Assembly: GCA_037442105.1 (NCBI GenBank)
Contig: JBBIQV010000027.1
Coordinates: 1-42,487, forward strand
DNA length: 42,487 nt
DNA from: Nitrospiraceae bacterium
GTDB taxonomy: Bacteria > Nitrospirota > Nitrospiria > Nitrospirales > Nitrospiraceae
Direction of reading: 5' to 3'
The position numbers and the translations under genes were made by a program. Position 1 is the first letter of the stretch. Each line of letters opens with the position of its first letter. This document shows, in pieces, positions 35,452 through 42,487 of this stretch. The notes beneath the pieces are model-generated. The model had not been told where the DNA came from. It ran no database searches and saw only the letters and a list, made by a program, of their open reading frames with translations.

Positions 35452-36108
35452 TTAGCCCTGGCGTTTCACGAAGAACGCTGCGGCCTGCGCCCGCCGGGTG
35501 ACGCGCAGTTTCTGAAAGACGTTGGCGAGGTAGTTCTTCACCGTCTTATCGCTGAGACTGAGATCGGTCGCGATCTCCTTATTGGTTTTGCCTTCCGCGA
35601 CAAGCGCCAATACCCGTTCCTCTTGCGCCGAGAGCGCATCGGTCTGGGTCGGTGAGACCGTACCGCGCTGCATCTTGATCCATGTGAGCGCCCGCTCGGT
35701 GACCGATGGATCGAGGATCGATCGACCGTCGGCAACGGTGTGGATCGCGCGGACGAGCGCGGTCGAATCAATCTCCTTCAAAAGGTAGCCCTGCGCGCCG
35801 GCCAACACGGCCGCCAGCAGGGAATCGTCATCGGCATACGAAGTCAGGAACACCACTCGTGTCTCGCGGCGCTGGGCCAGGATGTCGCGGCAAGCCTCGA
35901 CGCCTGACCCATCAGGAAGGCGGACATCCATCAGGACGACGTCGGGTTTGAGGCGGAAGGCTTCGCGCACGGCATCGGCCATAGTGGAAGCCTCGCCGGC
36001 GATAGTGATTCCGTTGGCCTTGGTCAGGACCGTGCGGAGGCCGACCCGCACCACCTCGTGGTCATCCACCAGCAGCACGCGGAGGGTTTTGGCTTTAGCT
36101 ACGGGCAT
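35452..36108 (-). CDS. NarL/DevR-type DNA-binding response regulator
   Basis: LVDDHEVVR, MDVRLPDG, FLTSY, YLLK; LuxR-type HTH GKTNKEIA..LSDKTVKNY. Confidence 0.95.
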   Translation of the reverse strand: MPVAKAKTLRVLLVDDHEVVRVGLRTVLTKANGITIAGEASTMADAVREAFRLKPDVVLMDVRLPDGSGVEACRDILAQRRETRVVFLTSYADDDSLLAAVLAGAQGYLLKEIDSTALVRAIHTVADGRSILDPSVTERALTWIKMQRGTVSPTQTDALSAQEERVLALVAEGKTNKEIATDLSLSDKTVKNYLANVFQKLRVTRRAQAAAFFVKRQG

Positions 36109-39100
36109 AGGAGTTCTCCTTCGGAAGGTCGAGCATCACGCAGGTGCCTTTGTTCGGCCTGGAGGACACGGAGAGGGTCCCGCCGACTTTGTGCGCACGC
36201 GAGGCCATGTTGGCAAGGCCGTGGCCGGTTCTTCCCATCTTGGTCGCGTTGAACCCCACGCCGTTGTCGCGGATGGTCAGGCGCACGCACCGTTTCAGCA
36301 AGCGCAGCGACACGGTCGCGCGCTTTGCCCGGCCATGGCGGAGGCTGTTGCTTACCGCCTCCTTCACGATGTTCAACAGGTGCAAGGCCTGTTCCTTGGT
36401 GACGGCGTGGCCCACAGCCGGGTCCACGGAGACATGGAATTTCGTGGCATAGGGTTGTGCCAGGGCCGCGACCATATTTTGGAGTATGCCGGGAAGATCG
36501 TCCGTCTGCCGCAACTCGGACTCCAAGCCCGTGATGAACGCACGGATCTCCCGCATCAGGCTGTTCAACTGCCTGATGGCATGGTCGAGCGCCATGGCAG
36601 CCTTTTTGCGCTGCTGTCCTAAAAGAGGTTTGCACGCTTCGAGACCCAGCCCGACCGCATAGAGCGATTGCAGGATGCCGTCGTGCAGATCCTGACCGAT
36701 CCGCTCACGCTCTTCGAGCGCCTTCCGGAGATCGGTCTCGCGTTGCACGAGCGCTTCGGCGGCTTGCTTGCGTTCGGTAATGTCCTCGGAGATCGAAAGG
36801 ATGTATGCGGGACGTTGGTCCGGTCCGGGAATGGCGATCTTCCTGGTATGAAACACGCGCGGGCCTCGGTTCTTGGTCTCTATCACCTGATCCGGGAGCG
36901 TCTTCGCGCCTCCTGCCGACAGCACATCAAGATCATCTGCGAATAAGGCATCGGCTTGGGCTTCGGGAAACAGGTCGTACACGGTCTTTCCGATCATGTC
37001 TGTTCGGGGAATGCCCAAGAACTCTTCGCTGGCCTTGTTCGCGCTGATGAATCGCAACTCTTTCGCTTCCTTGACGAGAATCATGTGAGGAATATTCTCC
37101 ACGACGGACTGGAGAAAGGCATAGGTGCGGCGCAGTTCCTCTTCCGCCTGCTTGCGGTCGGTGATGTCGCGGCAGACCACCACGCTGCCGATGATGTGGC
37201 CCTTGTCGAGCAGGGGAGCGCTCACATATTCGACCGGCAGGGGCGTGCCGTCCTTGCGCCAGAAAACCTCATTGGTGTGAAGGTGCGTCAGCCCATCCTT
37301 GAAGGCTGCGTAGATCGGACACTCCTCGACCGGAGAGGGGGTCCCGTCCGCGCGGGTGTTATGCCACCGCGCGTGCCCGGGCTGGCCGATCATGTCCTCC
37401 ACCCGCCACCCCAACATCTTCGCCATGGCGGGATTGGCAAAGGTCACTCTGCCGTCCAGGTCCAGGCCGAAAATCCCTTCGCCCGCCGAGGTCAGAATCA
37501 GTTCCAGGCGCCGCGCCAACTGGGCCAACGCCGATTCCGACCGGTGACGCTCGATGGCGATCTGCGTCAGGTGGGTCATCCGGTCGATCATCCGCAAATC
37601 GTCCGGCATCGGCTCGCTCGGTTCTCGGTAATACAGGGCAAACGTGCCGAGGAGAGCACCGGAGGCCGACACAATCGGCGTGGACCAGCAGGCCCCCAAT
37701 CCATACCGCCTGGCCACCTCGCGGAAGTCTTTCCATAAGGGGTCGGTGGCGATGTCGGACACGATCACTCGTTCCTTGCGATGGGCCGCTGTGCCGCAGG
37801 ACCCGACGGAGGGACCAATGGCCAGTCCGTCCACGAGTTGGTTATACGAGTCCGGCAGGCTGGGCGCTGCTCCATGCCGTAAGTGGAGCCCGTCGTCATC
37901 CATCAACAAAATCGAGCACAGCATCTTCTCGGTGAGCGTCTCGACTTGTCTTGCCAGAAGGTCCAGCACGTCGGCGAGAGGATTGCCTCGCGCGATCGCT
38001 TCGAGGATGCGCTTCTCCGCTTCCAAGAGTTGCTCCGCCCGTTTGCGTTCGGTCGCATCAAGCACATACCCCTCATAATGTGTGATACGGCCCTCCGCAT
38101 CGCGCACGACCACCGTGTAGTCATCCAGCCACCGCACTGCGCCGTCCGATCGCACAATTCGGTAGTGCTGTCCGAACCGGACCACACCCTCGGCGCTCTG
38201 TGCCGCCACTTCGCCGGCTACGCGCTTCAGGTCGTTCGGATAGACCACCGTGCTGTAGGACACGCGCCCGCTGGTGAAATCCTCACTCGTGTAGCCGAAG
38301 AGGCCCACGGCATTCGGCGAGGCATATTCAACCGGCCACCCTTCGCAGGCGATCCACCGAAACACCACCACCGGACCGCCGATGAACAACTGGCGCTCCC
38401 GCGCCAATGTCTGTTCACGCTTCTGCAACTCGGCGAGATGCTCCAGCTTTTGCAACCCCAGGGTCACGTGTGCGGCGGCCCTCCCGACAAACGCCAGTTC
38501 CTCTCCCGTCCACATCCGCCGCTGGGTGACTTGATTGAGAACCAACACGTGAAATCCGGCCGGGCGTTGATCGCCGGTTGGCCGAAACGCAAACGGATAC
38601 CACAGCAGGCTCTTGATGCTCATCTGCCGATGGAGGATCTCTCCCGACCCGTCGCGCAGGAAATGCGGGGTCATGTCGTCATCGTGACTGACCAACGGGC
38701 GGTGCGTCTCGTACAGGTAGCGGGCTCCGTCCCGGAACAACTCCAGGGGATAGGTTGCGACCGTCGGCGTCACCCCCGGCGATTCCGGATTGAGCCACTC
38801 GCAGAGGCCGATGGCCAGATCTTGAGCCAAGTCCACGTCATAGATGAGACAGCGGTCCACGTTCAGGGTCTTCCCCACAATGTCCACCATCCGTTGCAAC
38901 ATGCCGGTGCAGTCGTCCTCCTGGGCAATGGTCTGGGCCACTGCGTTGAGAGCCTGCACATAGGAGAGATGATCCCGCAGCGCCTCCTCTGCTTGTATTC
39001 GATCGGTGACATCGATTGCCACGCCGCCGAGCAGGGGGGAGGCCCGATCATCGAGCCGAACGGGAAATTTCGAGACGAGCCAATGGCGGACCTCGCCGTC

Positions 39101-40429
39101 GCGAACGGTCTTCTCGATCCTGTGCAGCGGGGCATTCTGCGTCAGGACGATCCGATCGTGCTCGACGAGCATGGCCGCCAACTCCGGCGGAAAGAGCTCC
39201 TCGGCGGTTTTCATGTACCAGTCGTCGTGTGTCAGGTTGAGGAGGTCTTCGAATCGCTGATTGACGTAAGTGTGGCGTCCCTCGGCGTCCTTCATGAAAG
39301 CGACGGCCGGCAGGTGTTGCATGAAGGCGGCGAATCGCGCTTGGCTCCGCCGGAGGGCCTCCTCCGTTTGCCTGCGCTCGGTTACGTCGCGCGAGTTGAT
39401 TACGATGCAGGGGTTGCCCTTGGGGTCCTGGGTCATCGTTCCGAAGGACTCGATCGCGCGCCACGATCCATCCTGATGGCGGAATCGGCATTCCATCGAG
39501 TGGGTGACGCCGGGATTCCCCAGGACGTTCCGCAAGACCTCCCGCGCGTGGGGCCCGTCCTCGGGGTGGAGCAATTCGAAGGCGCTGCGTCCGACGCGAT
39601 CGGACGGGTGCCACCCCAAGACTCGCTGGAGCGAAGGACTTTGGTACCGAACGGTTCCATCTGGTGCAAGGATGGTGATGATGTCCAGGGAATGTTCGAT
39701 GAGCGCGCGGAAATGTTCTTCGTTCTTCCGCAATGTGTTCTCGGCGCTCGCCCGATCCAAGGCGTTGGCGAAGATCGTTCCCACTAGACGGAGGAGGGTG
39801 ATCGTGTCCTCAGACCAGGTGCGCTCTGCCCGGACCGAGTCAAAGCCGACGAACCCGAGCAATTCGTTGCGCAACACGATCGGCACGCAGAGCATGGATT
39901 GGATTCCTTCGGCTTGGAACTCTTGCCTTTCCGCCGCCGCTTCGGGAGGCAGATCCATCACTCGCGGGATGTGCACCGCTTCATGGCGGCGGTAACGTTC
40001 CATGACCCAGGGAAATGCCGCGGTAGGAAGTTGTTGGAGCCGCTCGATCTGCGGGCTGATGCCGGGGGCGCACCACTCATGCGTGTTATCCATCGTGGTG
40101 CCGTGATTGCGAACTTGAAAAAGGTAGCTCCGATCGGCCTGGACGAATTCGCCGATCATCCTGAGCGCCCGGTTGAATCCCTGGTCGATCTCGGCGAGAG
40201 GCACGTTGATGAACTCGGCGGAGATTTGCGCGAGCAGGTTTTCGAAGGCCAGCCGATGACGCAATGATTCGGTCTGACGTTCCCGCTCCTGGATCGTCTC
40301 GTGCAAGCGATCGCTTTGATCCGCGACAATCTGCTCGTGCGTATCGAGGAGTTGTTCCAAGGCCACCACCTGGGCCTTGAGGCGCTCGATTTCCTTAGTC
40401 GCGTCATCGAGGGTCATGGTGGCTGGCAT
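36095..40429 (-). CDS. Cytoplasmic multi-sensor histidine kinase (3 GAF + ~5 PAS, HisKA_3)
   Basis: NTHEWC GAF, repeated PAS/PAC ends (D.T.R), GSCGTAA GAF, ERERIGQDLHDGILQ H-box, EAVSNSLRHG, DNGVGF, GHGL; GAGG RBS before ATG 40429. Confidence 0.93.
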   Translation of the reverse strand: MPATMTLDDATKEIERLKAQVVALEQLLDTHEQIVADQSDRLHETIQERERQTESLRHRLAFENLLAQISAEFINVPLAEIDQGFNRALRMIGEFVQADRSYLFQVRNHGTTMDNTHEWCAPGISPQIERLQQLPTAAFPWVMERYRRHEAVHIPRVMDLPPEAAAERQEFQAEGIQSMLCVPIVLRNELLGFVGFDSVRAERTWSEDTITLLRLVGTIFANALDRASAENTLRKNEEHFRALIEHSLDIITILAPDGTVRYQSPSLQRVLGWHPSDRVGRSAFELLHPEDGPHAREVLRNVLGNPGVTHSMECRFRHQDGSWRAIESFGTMTQDPKGNPCIVINSRDVTERRQTEEALRRSQARFAAFMQHLPAVAFMKDAEGRHTYVNQRFEDLLNLTHDDWYMKTAEELFPPELAAMLVEHDRIVLTQNAPLHRIEKTVRDGEVRHWLVSKFPVRLDDRASPLLGGVAIDVTDRIQAEEALRDHLSYVQALNAVAQTIAQEDDCTGMLQRMVDIVGKTLNVDRCLIYDVDLAQDLAIGLCEWLNPESPGVTPTVATYPLELFRDGARYLYETHRPLVSHDDDMTPHFLRDGSGEILHRQMSIKSLLWYPFAFRPTGDQRPAGFHVLVLNQVTQRRMWTGEELAFVGRAAAHVTLGLQKLEHLAELQKREQTLARERQLFIGGPVVVFRWIACEGWPVEYASPNAVGLFGYTSEDFTSGRVSYSTVVYPNDLKRVAGEVAAQSAEGVVRFGQHYRIVRSDGAVRWLDDYTVVVRDAEGRITHYEGYVLDATERKRAEQLLEAEKRILEAIARGNPLADVLDLLARQVETLTEKMLCSILLMDDDGLHLRHGAAPSLPDSYNQLVDGLAIGPSVGSCGTAAHRKERVIVSDIATDPLWKDFREVARRYGLGACWSTPIVSASGALLGTFALYYREPSEPMPDDLRMIDRMTHLTQIAIERHRSESALAQLARRLELILTSAGEGIFGLDLDGRVTFANPAMAKMLGWRVEDMIGQPGHARWHNTRADGTPSPVEECPIYAAFKDGLTHLHTNEVFWRKDGTPLPVEYVSAPLLDKGHIIGSVVVCRDITDRKQAEEELRRTYAFLQSVVENIPHMILVKEAKELRFISANKASEEFLGIPRTDMIGKTVYDLFPEAQADALFADDLDVLSAGGAKTLPDQVIETKNRGPRVFHTRKIAIPGPDQRPAYILSISEDITERKQAAEALVQRETDLRKALEERERIGQDLHDGILQSLYAVGLGLEACKPLLGQQRKKAAMALDHAIRQLNSLMREIRAFITGLESELRQTDDLPGILQNMVAALAQPYATKFHVSVDPAVGHAVTKEQALHLLNIVKEAVSNSLRHGRAKRATVSLRLLKRCVRLTIRDNGVGFNATKMGRTGHGLANMASRAHKVGGTLSVSSRPNKGTCVMLDLPKENSYARS

Positions 40430-40437
40430 GGGAATCC

Positions 40438-41313
40438 TCACTCTCTTGTCCGGCTGGTCTCGGTGAAGGCCTGAGTTTCGTGAAACGGAAGGAGGGCGAC
40501 CTTGGCGGCTAACGCGAGCGCCTTGAACGAGTCGGCCGTGTCCGGCGGCATCGAGACAGACGTGAATAAGAGCATCGCGTAGAGGTTGCCGCATGGCAGC
40601 ATAGCCCCGCCTCCGAGGACCGACTTGACTCCATAGCGGCGGACAAAGTCCTGTTGGATCGGCATGTGCGGGCTGCCCTCCGCTTCCGGTACATAAAAGA
40701 CGTTGTACGTGCGTGCCATCTCCACGCGCACCAAGTCGGGCGATGAGCGCAGCACCGCGCTGAACTCCACTCCAAATTGCGACATCATGTGCGCGATCAT
40801 CGGAAACTGCGAGGAAAACCCGGCTTCAACCATCGGGATCGCCTGGTAGCGGGCGGAGGTGCGGCGGTCGTTCCAGGTCGTTTCGAGGCCGGCTGAGGCC
40901 AGTAGCGTGAAACATTTCAGACCGGGGGGCGCCACGGGCTGCCCGATCCGGCCGAGGGCGAACTGTTGAAGTGACGCCGGTAGTTGGTCGTAGGGGTGCG
41001 TCTTGAAGAGCCGGACGAGGAGGCAGTGGCGTTCTCCGCTCTGCGGATCCGCCAGGTGGTCATAGAGGTAACGCACGATCCGTCCGGCTGCTTCTTCCAT
41101 CGTCGTCGCGTCACGTCCGCATTTGCGCAATGCTGCCGTGCACTGGCTCATGTCTTTCAACGAGAAGGATCGCAAATCGTGGTGGGGCGTAACCTGGGAC
41201 AGGCGCTTCATGGAATCGTCCGTGCGGGAACCGTTATCGTCTGGACGGGCTGCTCGGTCTGATGTGTCGGGTTGAGGAGGCGAACTGGCCAAGAAGGCAA
41301 TCGAAGCGTCCAT
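40438..41313 (-). CDS. Uncharacterised GAF-like protein (start may be 41211)
   Basis: Coherent ~240-aa globular region ending VFYVPEA.GSP..P.QQDFV..YGVKSVLGGGAML..GNLYAMLLF, which resembles a GAF C-terminal half; 8 nt upstream of the kinase. Confidence 0.75.
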   Translation of the reverse strand: MDASIAFLASSPPQPDTSDRAARPDDNGSRTDDSMKRLSQVTPHHDLRSFSLKDMSQCTAALRKCGRDATTMEEAAGRIVRYLYDHLADPQSGERHCLLVRLFKTHPYDQLPASLQQFALGRIGQPVAPPGLKCFTLLASAGLETTWNDRRTSARYQAIPMVEAGFSSQFPMIAHMMSQFGVEFSAVLRSSPDLVRVEMARTYNVFYVPEAEGSPHMPIQQDFVRRYGVKSVLGGGAMLPCGNLYAMLLFTSVSMPPDTADSFKALALAAKVALLPFHETQAFTETSRTRE

Positions 41314-41444
41314 CTCGGTCCCGCTGGAAGGTCTTCGTTGACAGAGTGTGCTACGAGGCGGTGAGAATGTCCAGACGGAAAATTGCCGAGCAGGGAAAGC
41401 GTCCCGCGTCTCCCGAAGCGGTCAACGTCGCGTAGAGAGAAATT

Positions 41445-41528
41445 TGGTGCCGAAGGCGGGACTTGAACCCGCACGGGTTACCCCACACGCCCCTCAAACG
41501 TGCGTGTCTGCCATTCCACCACTTCGGC
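41445..41528 (-). tRNA. tRNA-Leu(GAG)
   Basis: 84-nt cloverleaf GCCGAAG...CACGT-TT-GAG-GG-GCGTG...GCGGG-TTCAAGT-CCCGC-CTTCGGC-ACCA. Confidence 0.97.
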
Positions 41529-41540
41529 ACTTAGTGGTTC

Positions 41541-41593
41541 GAGCGAGTAGCCAATAGCTCACAGAGAGTAGCTCGGAGCTGTTCGCTACCGGC
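41541..41593. repeat. (T/C)AGCNNN heptamer element in the tRNA leader
   Basis: GAGCGAG TAGCCAA TAGCTCA CAGAGAG TAGCTCG GAGCT GTTCGCT ACCGGC; core 41569-41588 matches 25249-25268 at 19/20. Confidence 0.7.
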
Positions 41594-41615
41594 ATTTTTT
41601 CAGAGAGCGAACTGC

Positions 41616-41645
41616 ATTATAGAAGTGGGCCAAAATTCTTGTCAA
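41616..41645 (-). promoter_or_regulatory. Consensus sigma70 promoter for tRNA-Leu(GAG)
   Basis: Minus strand TTGACA-N18-TATAAT. Confidence 0.8.
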
Positions 41646-41667
41646 TGAAGGGCCCATCCGGTAGAAT
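41639..41667 (+). promoter_or_regulatory. Sigma70 promoter for the HAD gene
   Basis: TTGTCA-N17-TAGAAT. Confidence 0.6.
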
Positions 41668-41743
41668 TCATTTTGCATCCGGAATCGACCGCACGGTGAT
41701 CGGGACATACGTGTTGACCCCCGTCCTCGCTCCCCTGACATGC

Positions 41744-42412
41744 ATGACCGACCAAAGTGGCAGGAAAGTGGCCGCCTTTTTCGACCTCGATAATACGCTG
41801 CTTCCTGGAGAGCCCAGCGAGGTCGGCTTCTTCCGGTACTTGAGAGCCCGGCGCGTCGTCGGGTGGAGGGAGATCGGCCTCAGCATCGGGTGGCTCCTCC
41901 ATCAGGCCCCGCCGCTCTCGCTTCAGCCGTTGCGCGAACGCAAGCTGTATTTGGCCGGCAAGCAGCCAGCCGCGATCGAACCCCTGGCGGTGGAATTTTG
42001 TCACACCGCACTCATCCCGCGCCTGTCTCGAGAAGGAGTAGCGAGATTGGATGAGCACCGGCGGGCCGGCCATCAGGTGGTGCTGGTGACAGGTTCCCTG
42101 GATTTTCTCATTGCTCCAATCGCCTCGTTGCTGGACGTCGCGCTGGTGCTGGCTGCCATGCCGGAACAGACGCTTCGCGGCTATACGGGATGGCTGCGAC
42201 CACCCTTGCCGTACGGCGAGGGAAAGCGCCAATTGATTGTCAACCTGGCCCGTAAGGCCGGCCTCACGCTCCGCGAATCCTACGCGTACGGCGATAGTCC
42301 CGGCGATGTGGAGACGCTACAATCAGTGGGGCATCCGACGGTGGTGAATCCTATTCGGGGGATGGCACAGATCGCCCGTCGCCAAGGCTGGCCGATAGAG
42401 CGGTGGCGATAG
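41744..42412 (+). CDS. HAD-IB family hydrolase (SerB/PlsC-associated type)
   Basis: AAFFDLDNTL (DxD), VLVTGS, GEGK, YAYGDS.GD, VGHP.VVNP. Confidence 0.92.
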   Translation: MTDQSGRKVAAFFDLDNTLLPGEPSEVGFFRYLRARRVVGWREIGLSIGWLLHQAPPLSLQPLRERKLYLAGKQPAAIEPLAVEFCHTALIPRLSREGVARLDEHRRAGHQVVLVTGSLDFLIAPIASLLDVALVLAAMPEQTLRGYTGWLRPPLPYGEGKRQLIVNLARKAGLTLRESYAYGDSPGDVETLQSVGHPTVVNPIRGMAQIARRQGWPIERWR

Positions 42413-42431
42413 CCACCGCAATTTCTCATTT
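42401..42431 (+). terminator. Probable intrinsic terminator overlapping the HAD stop
   Basis: CGGTGGC-GATA-GCCACCG hairpin followed by T-rich CAATTTCTCATTT. Confidence 0.45.
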
Positions 42432-42487
42432 GAAATCAGTAGTGTCCCAACGTTGATGCCCTGTATCTCGCTAACATGCTGAGCACA

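Noticed and set aside
37883..39787. Long antisense ORFs (634 aa here; also 18248-19555, 32761-34017, 16299-17315 and similar)
   Set aside because: Shadow or alternative frames of well-supported genes in GC-rich DNA, with no recognisable motifs.
1..41528. The two inward-facing tRNA-Leu genes as ends of one 41-kb island or invertible segment
   Set aside because: They are different isoacceptors sharing only generic tRNA-Leu sequence, and the interval holds core genes (nuo, priA, pyrE).

Overview
GC-rich bacterial chromosomal segment, most likely Nitrospira (Nitrospirota); this is inferred from the '2M' complex I operon and gene content. (1) 1-4454: a decayed accessory/defence hotspot behind a tRNA-Leu(CAG) 3' half. 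It holds a 44-bp att-like duplication bracketing a lone fic gene and an hsdS-like stub, a RelBE-like pair with an inactivated toxin, a resolvase-like HTH remnant, and a more AT-rich MT-A70 methyltransferase + HNH nuclease pair. (2) 4670-12641: housekeeping genes (TIGR01777 epimerase, DUF523/DUF1722, pyrE, rhodanese, phosphodiester glycosidase) and a CHASE3 kinase/RR/hybrid-kinase triad. (3) 12733-26765: minus-strand nuoA-B-C-D-G-I-J-K-L-M-M-N operon with two nuoM, an elongated NuoL helix and no nuoE/F/H. Most gene junctions carry 7-bp-period tandem repeats, many forming hairpins and some translated into protein. (4) An OmpA/MotB fusion protein and a PriA whose helicase motifs are all degenerate. 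(5) 31959-41313: a signalling cluster with an uncharacterised GAF-like protein, a 1444-aa GAF/PAS kinase, a DevR/NarL-type RR, an apparent pseudo-kinase and a single-domain RR. (6) tRNA-Leu(GAG) and a HAD hydrolase sharing a bidirectional promoter. All calls are by eye from motifs; no database searches were run.
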